The notes below the pieces were generated by a model. The model did not search any database. It saw only the letters and a program-made list of their open reading frames with translations, and had not been told where the DNA came from. From Chiloscyllium plagiosum (lineage: Eukaryota), in NCBI RefSeq assembly GCF_004010195.1, contig NC_057719.1, forward strand, positions 71,216,831 through 71,280,830: 64,000 nt of DNA, read 5' to 3'. Of this stretch, positions 11,961 through 24,800 are shown piece by piece; position 1 is the first letter of the stretch, and every line of letters starts with the position of its first letter. A program made the translations under genes and the position numbers.

Positions 11961-12989
11961 CACTAGGTCCTTATACAATTGAGGAAAATCATCCCCCCAC
12001 GTTTATATTCCACTTCCACAGTCCAATCAAGGGGAGGAGGTCCTGTCTATCAGTCAGTCACGGGCACAGTGTGGCCAGTCACTCTCCTGGGTGGTTCACA
12101 GTCAGAGGATCTGTCCCAATACAGTCCAGGGTTGGGGAGTATGCAGTGGTCAGTCCTGTATAGCCAAAACAAGTAGTCAGGGGAATTGTGTATCTTTATT
12201 CAGAGAGTTGCAAACTCAGCATCAAGAGATCTGGTCAGTCTTGTCTCACAGCTATTTGTTGAAGTCAGTTCAAGGTCTGTGAAAAATGCAGTCCTGGGTG
12301 TTAATCTGTCAATCCTATGCCCTCGTAGCCCAGACGTTGCATCATTGCAGTGAGTCAGGCCAGACTCAGGACCCTCAGGGGCAGCACACCTGCATTCCAT
12401 TACCTCAGCCATTGGTCCTACATACCAAAGACATGCTGACAGTGAAACATAGAAACTTGATCCCTGTTCAGGATGCCCCTTCCTCACAAGGAGCCAGGGC
12501 GATGCCCGGGGCACCCAGCCAGAGGTGGAATGACATACTTAACTTTCCACTCAGGACACTGCAGCGATGGTAAAGTCCTCCGCCTCCACCAAAATCTGCT
12601 TGTCCCCCTGTTGCCCCTGCAAGCCAAAGCCGAGGAGGGTTAACCACCCTCTGACAAAAAGCCCCTCAACATATCTGGCCCAGTAGGACAAAGGTAACCC
12701 AGGGTCGTTGCAAAACCTCCAGTCCAGTGAGCTCTACTTCCAAGCAGGGTTCAGATATGGAATTGGGCAGTGCACTATTACATAGTGGGAAGGAGAGAAA
12801 AATACACATTGAGGGAACTTTGGTGGCATGGGTGACTATTATTTTCTGCATAAATGTTCCTGATGTTAACCTTCATGTGCTTTCAGTCTCTCTGTGTAGG
12901 TGCTAAACATGTCCTAACACATCAGAGGAAGGCCATACCTAACAAATTCAATGGAATCTGTCCAGTAGGAGACCAAGTGTTTGGACCAC

Positions 12990-14140
12990 GGTCAGCAGTT
13001 GATGTAGTTTATACAGATTTCAGCAAGATCTTTGACAAGGTCCTATGTGAGAAACTGATAAAGAAGGTAAAAGTTCATGGGATCATGGTAACTTGGCAAG
13101 ATGGATTGCAAATTGGTTTTCTGAGAGGAGACAGAGCGTGGTAGTAGAAGGCTGTGTTTGTGTGTGTGGATCCTGCTGTCCAATGGCATACCAAAGGGAT
13201 CACTGCTGGGTCACTTAGTGTTTGTGATGTTCAAAGATAATGTTAATGAGAATATGGGAAAAATAATAAGTAAGTTTGTGGATGACACAAAGATTGGCCT
13301 GGTGGTTGTTAGGTTACACAAAGGTATAAACAGGTTGGTCAGATGGTCAGATCATGGAATTTAACTTTGATAAGTGTGGGCTGATGCACTTTGGAATGAC
13401 TCAATGAATGGCAAGACACTAAGAAATTCAGAGAAACAGGGGGATTATTGGGGTGCTTGTTCACAGATCCCTGAAGGTAGCAGGACAGGTTAATAGGGTA
13501 TTTACGAAGTCTTATGAGATGCTTGCCTTTATCAGTCATAGCATAGATTATAAGAGCAGGAAGGTTATGTTGAAGCTGTACAGACCTTTGGTGAGGCCAC
13601 AGTTGGTGTATACTGTGTGCAGTTCTGGTCACCCCATTCTAGGAAGGATGTGATTGCACTGGAGAGGGTGCAAAGGTGATTCGCCAGGATGTGAAGAGAA
13701 GCTGGATAAGCTCAGGTTGTTTTCGTTGGAGCAGAGAAGGTAATGGAGGCAACTTGAGAGAGGTATATAAGATTATGAGGGGCATGGACAGTGTGAATAC
13801 AAAGCAGTTGTTCCTTTTAGTAGAACGGGCAATAACAAGGCAACATAAATGTAAAGTGAAAGGTAGGAAGTCTTAAGGGGATTTGAGGAAAATCCTTTTC
13901 ACACAGTGGGTTCTGGGTGTCTGGAATGCATTATCTGGGAGGGTAGCTGAGGGGGTAGACATCACAACCTTTATAAAGTACTTTGCTAAGTACTTGAAGT
14001 GTCCTAACATTCAAGGCTGTGGGTCTAATGTGGGAAGGTGGGACTAGTATAAGCAGTAGTGTGTTTTGGCAGTAAAGACTTGATGGGCCGAAGGGCCTCT
14101 TCTGTACTATATGATTCTATGATTTTATGATTCTGTGATT
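12990..14140 (+). mobile_element. CR1/HER1 LINE, RT to 3' end, frameshifted
   Basis: VDVVYTDFSKIFDKV, GIPKGSLLG, ISKFVDDTKIG, LYRPLVRPQL; (gattctat)n tail. Confidence 0.92.
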
Positions 14141-15634
14141 GAATGAACACAATCCTGGAGCATGTTATGGCCAAAGATGTGGCTCTGTGGCTGGAAGTCT
14201 GTGCAGAAAGCCAACTGCACCATTTGGAACTGGGGCAGCAAGGTGTACACATGGCATTGGGTCATGCTGATACCTTTGTCTTTCCTCATTCAACACTGCT
14301 AATGCCTGGTCCCTTATGTGTACAGTGGTGTAGATATCAAACAGCTGTGCCAGGATGTTTAACATACTGAGACAGTCAATGATGTGGGATGGCCAGGCAG
14401 CTTGAAGTATCATGAAGTATTATTGTGAGCCTGAATGCTTTATATTGTATGGGTCTCTAGCCTAGGTTCTTCTCCTTTGAAAGCCCTATGATCCGTGGAT
14501 CATGCATTGCCATCCCTCACAGGTCAAGTCACTTACCCCCACCATTCAGAATGTAGTCACAGCTATTTTCTTCCCCATCGTGCACTTTTGATTTCTAGCA
14601 TGATGAAGGTGAAGGTGAGCACTCCCCTACCTGTGGGATCTTCCAGCCTCAGCATGAACGTGATGATGAGCTGCCAAATATCCACATTTATTCCTAGTAG
14701 CCCATTTTGTTAAGACCATAAGATTCAATTTCTCCAAGTTCCCCTACCATCTTAGTACAATACAAGCTGCTTGCCTCCATTCCCGCACTAATTAGCATGG
14801 CAGGGGCATGCTATGAACATGTAGGAAAATAGTAAGTGAGTGAGCAATAAGAGAGAAAGCCAGTATCCCTGAGATGCACCCTGGTCTACTCTGCAAGCTG
14901 GCTATATGTGCCATTGCGTAAAGCGTTCCCCCTGCAGCTTTCCATTGCTGGTTGCTTGTGCACTTTGCATTACAAGTCAGTGTTTCCAGAGAGCACTGCC
15001 ACTGAATAATAAAAGTACCTGGATGGTCCTAATGAATTGGCAGATGCCAAATGCCAATATCCATGAGGTTAATGCAGTTAATGCACATTGATTGTGATCT
15101 GTACTGCGGTTTGCTTGGAGCCAACACTTGGCTCATATGAAACAAATGACAGTCTGAATCTGACAGGTACCCCTCAGGTTTCCTTGTTGAGTTATCTTGA
15201 AGTCTCCCCTGCTTGCTAGGTTTGGTTAAATGGGATGCCAAATATTAATGAGCCAAGCTGTAGCAGTAACAAGGCTTTTAACAAGCGTTAATTCCCATTA
15301 GTTGGGATTTTGGCACTGTCTAACACGACCTTTGCCACACCAATTGTGAAAAGCATATAAAATGGAGTGAGATCATCTTATTGTCAAGATGGACCTTGCC
15401 AGACTTCTAATCCGATTCTGCCACACCTCTCACCATTGCCCCATGTCACTCAGATCCTGATAAATTCAACCAATAGCTTTCCCTGGTGATGATGATGGTT
15501 TCAAATTCTTTAGATATTCATTTGCAGGATTAGAAAGATCACTCAGTGAAATCATGAAGTATTATCTTAGTTAGAAATAAAACATAACTCCCTGGCTATG
15601 TAAAACTCAACGACTGTACAATGGCAGAGCAGGC

Positions 15635-16060
15635 ATGACTCAGCTGGTCAGACTGTCTTCTTCACAGTCTGTGGGTTTCAGATTTAAGTCCCACTCCAGT
15701 ACTTGAATACAAAGATCAAGGTTAATACTCTAGTACAGTCCAAGTGAGTGCTCACCGTTTGAGATCTTTTGGATACAGTGGTGAACATTTTCAGTTTTTC
15801 TTTTTAAAATCCTCTGGCAATATTTTGAAGAGAACTAAGAGGTAGCCTAGCCAATATCTATTTCCAGCCAACACCAGAGAAATAGTTTATTTGGTCACCA
15901 TAGTATTGTCCACTGCCATCTCTATCAAACAGTAAGTTGGCTACTGTATCATCTTTAGTACACAGCGACTGCACATCATAAAGCATTTCTTCGGCTGCAT
16001 TAAAAACTTTGAGGTATCTCCTGCCCATTAACTCTGCTGTAAAAATGCAAAATCTGCTTT
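15635..16060 (+). mobile_element. Deu-domain SINE (SacSINE1/AmnSINE1-like), diverged
   Basis: aagtcccactccag head, tggcaatattttgaagag, gccaatatctatttcc...ttggtcac, tail aaaatgcaaaatct. Confidence 0.6.
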
Positions 16061-16402
16061 TTTTTCTCTCAAAATTGTTTTCTTCCTGCCCCCTTTTTCT
16101 CTCTCCTCTCTTCTTCTACCTTCCTCTTTTTCTCATCCTCCTTCAGTCCTTACTCTCTGTTCCTCCTCCATCTCACCATGTCATAGTTCAGTTATCATCC
16201 TGCCCTTTATTAACCCTGCATCACTTTCAGACAGAATTGAGTTTTGACGACATGTATGTGATGTCATGATAAATTAGTTAGTCAGCAAATACAAACCCTG
16301 TGAAGCAATTAGTTGTCTAAAACTTTCAGAGACATGAAAAGGACATTAAAATAAAAGGTTTTGTAAATTTGGATTGTAACATAATTCAGAAGTTACTTTA
16401 CT

Positions 16403-16690
16403 GAGTCATAGAGTTGTATAGCACGGAAGCAGACCCTTCAGTCCAAACCATCCATGCCGACCAGATTATCCCAACCCAATCTAGTCCCACCTGCCAGCAC
16501 CCGGTCCATATCCCTCCAAACCCTTCCTATTCATATACCCATTCAAATGCCTCTTAAATGTTACAATTGTACCAGCCTCCACCACTTCCTCTGGCAGCTC
16601 ATTCCATACACGTACCAACCTCTGCATGAAAAAGTTGCCCCTTATGTCCCTTTTATATCTTTCCCCTCTCACCCTAAACCTATGCCCCCT
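16403..16690 (-). mobile_element. HER1/CR1 3' end
   Basis: RGNFFMQRLVRVWNELPEEVVEAGT; gagtcatagag tail. Confidence 0.9.
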
Positions 16691-17841
16691 ACTGTTAATA
16701 CTAACATTTTATTAAAGGGTAAGGTAGCTCAAAGAGTAATAAGTTGTATTTGTAAATATAGGTCACATCCATATTTTTAACAACTGTTTTTATTTGTATT
16801 GATGAAAGTTCTCGGTTAGCTTTTTGCCTCGTGTAGTGTCAGGAAAACTTTGCAGAACATTTTCTGTGATAACATAAGGCAGGGCGATATCCCAGAACAT
16901 GACCACTCTTTTGTGTTGGTGTCAATGCCATCAATCTTCCCACAGATCCCGTTGTGGATTTTCCTTTTCAGTTTTTGTCAAGTATTTGCTAGCTTTTAAC
17001 AAATACTCAACAGACACTTCAAAGTAAAGAAGGAATTCATAAGGGGATTCTCTTTGAGCAATTACTCAGAGATAATACAACATAGCTAGCTGCAAATCAA
17101 AACAGATTAAGGATTGCTTGGTCCAAAAGCAGTCTAGCTGTCATCAGTTGATAGAGTGGTCATTGTCTGAGAAACTGACAATCATTTAGAAGACTAGGGA
17201 ATGTTAGGCCAGTGACCTGTCTTCACAAGAAGGAAATGACTCACACATCTAAACATATGCTGGGGAAACTGAAAAGTGGTCCCATTCACCTCCAGGTGAC
17301 ATAAGCAGTTTATATAATAGGTGTAGACAGTCACATAGACTGTTTTAGTCAGACTAAATTTAGCTTTTCAGACAATGGTTGACATTGGTTTTCATACGTT
17401 TAGCTGATTGATAAAGGACCATTTTTTATACACATACAGCAAATAATGTCACACTGTTGCAAATCCCCCTCCTCCACGAGATCACACATGTCATTTTTCT
17501 AAAATCTATCTCATCTGCCAGTGATGGTTAAGTCTTTTAGAACTGAGATTTGCTATATTACGTGCTAAGTATGTGTCACTTCTCAATTTATTTACAGAAT
17601 TGTCAATGACAATAAATGTAAGACCTGCCTGCATTATGTTGAGGAATATCAGATCAGAAATACAGCTCAGCTTTGTACTAGGAAAGCTGAAAAATTTAGT
17701 GACAAGCAAACTTATAAAAGGGATTTTACTATCTCAATGTATGCTTGTTTCAAAACAATCATCTTTATCATATACATATTACTAACAAAGTATATTAATT
17801 CAAATAATGTTCCATTTCTTGCGATAACTATCAACAAATTT

Positions 17842-18140
17842 GGGGTGGCACGGTGGCTCAGTGGTTAGCACTGCTGCCTCACAGCACCGGGGAGTTGGAT
17901 TTGATTCCAGCCTCGGGTGACTGCATGGAGTTTGCACATTCTCCCTGTGTCTGCGTGGGTTTGCTCCAGTTTCCTTCCACAGTCCAAAGATGTGCAGGTC
18001 AGGATGAATTGGCCATGCTAAATTGCCCATAGTATTAGGTGCATTAGTCAAAGGGGGATGAGTTACTCTGCGGAGGTTTGGTGTGGACTTGTTGGGCTGA
18101 AGGGCCTGTTTCCACACTGTAAGGAATCTAATCCAATCTA
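17842..18140 (+). mobile_element. HE1-like V-SINE
   Basis: A/B boxes, core, (aatct)n tail. Confidence 0.9.
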
Positions 18141-18759
18141 AAAAGTGAAATATGATGGTTTTGGAGCAGTGATTTCTATCGATGCAAGCTCTTGCCTATT
18201 TTTAAAGACACAATCCGATTCTCAAACAGCAATTGGCAGTTGTCAGTTGTCAGCATTACCTCCTTCCTTTTGCTGACGTATATAATTGTTTTTTTCTTCA
18301 TTTATCCTTGTTCCATTCACTATTCAAATAAAAAGAATAAGTTGGTGATGCAGATCCAGCCTTTGAGCACTTTTCTTTGAATCCCACATTATCTGAGCAT
18401 GATTCAAGTTTGTGCACTCTGTAAACTTTGTTTAACCAACCTCCCTTCCTTTCATTTGATGTATTCCACAAATGCTCCACCTGAGACCAGGGACCTATTT
18501 GACAAACCATGGGTCTGAATTTGCATTCTGCCTCATCTCCATTTGCAAAGAGAGATTACCATCATTTCATGAAGACAAACCACCTGGTGTGTCTATCATT
18601 TAAAAAAAAAACTGAAGCCAACTCAACTGTGGACCAGCTCTTATTTTGAGACTTGTTAACATTAAACTTCATACCAGAGGGATTTGCTTTAAAATTGGTT
18701 CTGAGTACACTCGATTTTACCAGGAAAAGAAGATGTTGTCAAACCTATGACACTGGATG

Positions 18760-19320
18760 GAAGGAAAATATCTTAAGAGGAGGTATTAACTGAGTAGGCT
18801 GCACTGAAAGTAGATAAGCTACAATGACCAGATGGGATATATCTGACAACACTGAGGAACATAAGACTGGAAATTGTGGAGGTGCTATCCATAAGCTTCC
18901 AATCCTGTTTAGACATGAATTGGCAACAGAGGACTAAAAAATTGCACATATTCCACCCCAGCCCAAGAAAAGAATAAAGCCAGTTGAGAAGTTAAAAGTA
19001 TTTTTAATCAACCTGCTCACAGATGTTATGACACACTTCTGGTGCAGATGAAGCTTAAACCTAGTCCTTCTTGGCTAGAGGTACAGACATTACCACTGCA
19101 CCACAAGAGCCCCACTCAGATATTTACCCTTGCCATTGGAAATGCTTTTACGATAGGATTCAAAACTACCAGTCACTTGGACCAGTGTGGGAAAATTAAG
19201 GAAAGCCAACACAAGTTTGTTAAAGGCAAATCATTTTAACTAGCTTGATTGAACTTTTTGATGAGGCAGCAGAGAAGGCTGATGAGAGTAATAATGTTGA
19301 TGTGGTGTATTCGACAAAGC
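18760..19320 (+). mobile_element. Old CR1 ORF2 fragment
   Basis: IKESQHKFVKGKS motif and flanking CR1-like sequence. Confidence 0.6.
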
Positions 19321-20099
19321 AATCATTGAATCTTCATTTGGCCTCTCCAGTGCAGTGGAGACTGCATGATAAGCAGGGAGGACAGCAGATTCTCTTGAAA
19401 AAAAGTAGAAGTTAATCACTGGTTGGATTATCATCAGGCTCTGAGCGATGTGGGCTCTGATGAGATGAGTGGCAGATTCGGCTGAAATGCTTGGCAAGCC
19501 CCCAACTCAATGTTGAGATCATCTCACCGCATCTTGTATGCTTTTCTCAAGTTGTATGGTGAGATTTTTGCTAGGCTGCAGCAAACTGCCAATTAACATT
19601 GCTTGTTAAATGCCTTGTTAACACCCCAACTTGCTACTGATTACAATCTTTCCCAATTCACCACCTTACAACCTAGCCATCGGGAGAACTCAACATGGAA
19701 GCCAAAGCAGGTGCTTGCAGGTTCACTTCACCGCTTACATTAAATGACCACCATGTTGGATACTGGCTACCAACATCTCAGATACATTCCATGAGCACTG
19801 GCCACATGCATACATATCTACATTGATTGGGATTTGACATATCCTAGCCTCTAGTAACCCTCCTGGCACATTTCTGATCTGCCTACAGGACCCTTCTTCA
19901 ATTCAGTGCTGCAGTGGCAACCATTATAATACCGCAACAAGGACACTATGTTCAGGGACGCATACCCAGCTCATGGACTGGACCAGACTGCATCCTAGGC
20001 TCTTCACCCTCTGACACAGCTATGACTCATTCTGAGCCTACCTGGATGCTCACAGCATCCCTGCCTTATGTTGCATTTTTGTTTGAGATGAAATTCCTC

Positions 20100-20500
20100 C
20101 TTATCTTCTTCAAAAATGTGAGACTGCTTCCGCTGAAACAATGCCCCCAGTTCTAGATTCAGTCAGAATGAGCAACATCCTTATGGCATTACCATATCAA
20201 GCTCCCTCAGCATTAGCTGGATCTCAATAAGATCACCTCTTATTCTTCTGATCTCCAAAGAGTATAGGCCCACTCTGCTCCACCCACCTTCATAAGACAG
20301 CCTTGCCCGGTGCAGGAATCAATGGAGCTAGCATTTTCCGAACTTCTTCCAATGTAAATCTATTATTCTTTTAGTAAGGAGGCCAGCACTGAGTGTAGCA
20401 GTTCTGGTGTCTGCTCTGCATTGCTCTGTACAGTTTTAGAGGAACTTCTATTTCAACCCTTTTGCAATGAGGGAAAACATTCTATTTGCTTCTGTAATGT
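20100..20500 (-). mobile_element. Old CR1 fragment
   Basis: tgcccccagttctagattc, ataagatcacctcttattcttct. Confidence 0.55.
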
Positions 20501-21109
20501 TTTTGTCCCAATTTTTCATTCTGTTCACCTGCTTGTATGTTTTATGCAAAACAATATGTCTTAATAACTGATGAATAGATTTCAATAAAAGCTGGTTGAC
20601 AGGTTATAACATACTGAGGAAGTAATTATCTTTGGGTGAAGATGTGGCCATAAATCCTGCATATTTTTAAAGTATCTATTTACATTGGGAAAAAGAGCAC
20701 ATTAAATTAGTTGTTTTATTGAGAATGGGGTTGGATGATTTTGCCTCAGCGACTGTGATGAAATTTGTCACAGCTATCAAAATGTGAGCAGACCTTTCAG
20801 TGCAGGTTGTTGGATGTGGATTGACCTGAAACCACCTGAGTGAAATGGAAATTCTCAATAGAGCTACAGACCATCAAGTAGGCTGGGAAAATCATCAAGG
20901 AAGAGCTGTGTCATTGTAACAGCATTGAATTAACACAGAATGGATGAAGTATCTGTTCCACTGAGTGCACTCTTCATTTGCTACTTACTGTACTCACATG
21001 CCAGCTTTTTGTGATGAAAGTTTTGCATGGAGCTAGGTGCAGCAAACTCAGAGGAAGGTAAGGTGAAGTCAGTCAGGGGAAATAGTGTAATTGACATGGC
21101 TAACATCAT

Positions 21110-21243
21110 GGAGGAGAAAGTGAGGACTGCAGATGCTGGAGTACCAGAGTTGAAAAATGCGGTGCTGGAAAAACACAGCAGGCCAGGCAGCATCCGAGGA
21201 GCAGGAGAATCGACGTTTTGGGCATAAGCCCTTCTTCAGGAAT
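21110..21243 (-). mobile_element. Solo Penelope pLTR (134 bp) with hammerhead motif
   Basis: Matches 28484-28614; TSD catcat at 21104-21109 and 21244-21249; GAAA mutated to AAAA. Confidence 0.8.
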
Positions 21244-21304
21244 CATCATACCAGTGTATGAAATTGGAGTAATATTATCCCATTTGGCATCTCCATTCTT
21301 CAAT

Positions 21305-21800
21305 AAGGTTATGATTGATTGATTTATGTTTTGAGTTCTGCATTTCCATTTAACCCTGATAACCTTTGATTCCCTTGCCTAATAAGAAGCCATATAATTC
21401 TGCTTTAAAAGAATTAGATGATTATGTTTCCACCACCTTCTGAGGAAGGGAATTCCAAAGTGATACAACTCTGAAAAGAAAAAAATAACTTTCTCTTCAC
21501 CTCGGTCCTAAAAGACCAATTCCTACTTTAAAAACAATTTCCCCCACCTTTTTTCTGGAATGACCCAGAAAAGGAAGCATCCTTTTCATGTCAACCTTCT
21601 CAAGACCATTCAGAATCTTATACACTTTAAGTGAGTCACCCTTCACTATTCTTAACTGCAATGGGAACAAGCCAAACCTGTTCAACCTTTCCTGGTAAGA
21701 CTACCCACTCACTCCTGGTATCAATTGAGCCAACCTTGTTTGTCTAAACTGTTGCCAGTGCATTTCCATCCTTCCTTAAATGAGGAAACTAAAACTACAC
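21305..21800 (-). mobile_element. Old CR1 3' fragment
   Basis: GLFPLQLRIVKGDSLKVYKILNGLEKVD. Confidence 0.75.
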
Positions 21801-24800
21801 AAATGTCATGCCAGCAATTCTCAAATAAAAGATATAAATAGATTAAGAAGCCAGAAGTGAAGAAGTCAATATGCTTTGGACCTTACCTTGCTTTCCTTGG
21901 TTTTGCCTTCGAATTTTTGCTGCCACCCTTCAGTGTTAATAATTGAGTGCCTGTGCCACCTTCCACCTGGTAACAAGGCTAGCACGCCTGCAAGGTTAGT
22001 TGCTTCTTCCACCCAGCAGTCTGTCTGTCCAGTCTTTCAGCTCTTCGAAGATTGCATGCAAGATTTGTAAAAAGAGGATGGGCCCCCATTTTCCCACATG
22101 GAGGTTAGTAGCCCTCACCTTTCCTCATCTCACTCTTCCTCCCTCGCTGAACATACCATCTGATCCGTCCCATACTGACTGAGCCCAGTGAGCAGAAGCA
22201 GGGCGCCTTTGCCTCTTGCCGCTCCTCAACATAAATCACCACATCAGCGACAGACAGACATACTGCCATGTGCTGGTCAAATTGGAAATCTCTGTGAAAT
22301 GGATGAGGTCGGGTGTAGCTGAGAGGTCAACAGAATCCCAAGGAATTCCAGCCATAATGTTTAATTCCAGATTACAGGATAAGCACAGTCAAATACAGGG
22401 ACATCCGTCCACTTGTTTATCTTAGATGCTGTAGGTCGGGTGAAATCTTTTGTGTCTGATTCAGTCAACGTAAAGAATTAATTGATATGATTACCACAGC
22501 AGATTGTTGTCTGCGCAATTTCATAACAGATTTGTTAATCATGGTAATATTGTGACTGCAAATGGTGCGAGCATGTGGGTTTGTAAATTATCCACATTTA
22601 TCTCTGTGTTCTCCATTAAAAGCTGAAAGAGAACATAGAGCAAAGCTTTTCTTTTCAATTCAACATTGCCATTGCTAGCGTATCAAATTCATTCCTCAGT
22701 AATCCAGATCATTTTCCTGAAGCTTTGAGGCCACTGTGTAGTAGTTTGTTTTAGAGCTCAAAGAAACTCTATCCTGATAGACCAAAGAGCCCTTCGACTG
22801 TCACTTTATGTCATTAACAATTTGCTAAAGCCATTACAGATGGGACGGACTGATTAGAATTGAGGAGGGAGGATCTTTTTCCCAGCCAGAAGTGTCTCTC
22901 GGGACTCTCTCAGCGTGTGAAGTTTCTGCTGATTAATGGGAGAGAAACAGGGCCGCCTGTCTTACAGTTGCTTATAGAGCTTATTAGTCAAAGACCTGAC
23001 TTATGTTCCAAGTCTGTAATGGACAAATTATCAAGAGCCCAGCTACTGTACAGAGAATCCAATTCCTGCTTCACAGTCAAGCTGAACGTTAAACAGAAAA
23101 TCTGTGAAGTACTTGTGCCACCAAATCAATACTGTTCTCAGTACTCAGCCTTTTTATTACCAGATTGATCATGTTATGATGGAAGGCAAATGCTGCTAAA
23201 GGGCAAGAGATTCTTATCAGGTTTTCTTATCTCAGTCATTCATTTTATCCTGTTTAATTAATGATACAACTGCAATATCACTTCCTTGGAAATCCCAAGC
23301 AGCACTATTAGTTGTGAGATGAGAGACTTCAGGGTTTTATCTGTGAGAGAGGTTCACCTTATTCAACATTTTCCTATTGTTCCAAAGTGTGGCAGATGAA
23401 CAACAGTTCAGTGAGGTGCATCCAACACTCCTGTCCTCACCACCTGATCCCTGAAATCTAACTCCTTTGTAAACCTTGTGTTTTCTCTGAGGCAGTTGGT
23501 CATTGCTGTGAGTTGCAATTGTGTTAAAGGCAAAAGACTAAAGAAATCAGGAATATTTTATTGTTATCATAAGTTTTAGCTCTGTGGTTTTATAAACCCC
23601 ATCATCTACTTCCTAGGTACAAGCTGAAGCGGCCAAAACAGATTTCTGACAAAATAGATTTTAAAACTCCCATTCTACAAAAGGATTTATTTTGCATTTG
23701 CTTGAATATAAGCTGTAAGTACACTTTGAAGTGAAAGCCATTCTGCTTGTCTCGTTTCCTGATTTTTAATTATACTTAGCAGTGGGGACAACATTTTGTA
23801 ATATCAAAAACAAAGTGGAATTTTCTATATACGGTTTCCAATATTTGAAATATCAATACCAATATAATTATCATGCTGGGATGAAAGGACGAGAAACCTT
23901 TCATAGTCTAGTTCAAGTGTCACATAAACCCTCTGTTAACACACTGCTTACTGTATAAGAAAACATTGGCAAGAAATGTGGGTAAGATGAATTTAAACTG
24001 CTAGTCATTCTGCTCATGTTTAGTTACAATTTAGTCAATTCATCAGAGGCTACTGCTACAGCTCAGCTTAATTGGATATTCTACAAAAATACAAAATAAA
24101 ATGGAATTTACTGCCTCATGTTTCTTACACGATGCAAGATTACTATAAAATGAAAAAATATGCTTTTATGCTTGAATGTCATCTCACACAAAACATCTTT
24201 TGTATTTACTTGCCAGAGGAAGAGTGCACTTCAACTATCTAATGTGCACAATAAGCAAAGAGTGACAGAAAAGAAATACGGTGAAGTTAATAAAAATTAA
24301 TCTGCAGGGTTGTGTTTTAAACCTATTCTCATACATCATTCTAATAGGATCTCAACTCTTATTCAATTATAAAACTACCTGTGGAGCTTAATAAAATGGT
24401 TCAAATACATGAGGCAAAGTTCTGCATGATTACATATTGCTACAGAACATGTAATTAAGTATTTGCCTTATGATTTCATATTGTTGACCCAATGCACAAT
24501 ATCAGTGAATGACAAACCTTATGATGTAAGATATAAAACATAAATAAGCCTTTTATTATTGCTCAAGTCTAATATTTTATTTAAGTATTTCAGTTTGATC
24601 CCACACAATTATTCCGTTGTAATGGTGTCTAAACATTGAACATTACATCATGCCAATCATCCTGGAGCTTTATTAACAATTACTGTTCTTGCTTAGCTTT
24701 GTAACAACCTTTTTACTGTACTGACTGGTATTTAGTGTTATAATTGCCAAAAGAAACAGCACGAATATAAACTGACCAATTTTATTTGTTGGGGAGACAT

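Noticed and set aside
11960..12750. GC-richer block with several short ORFs
   Set aside because: No recognisable motif; probably a decayed retroelement, but I cannot classify it
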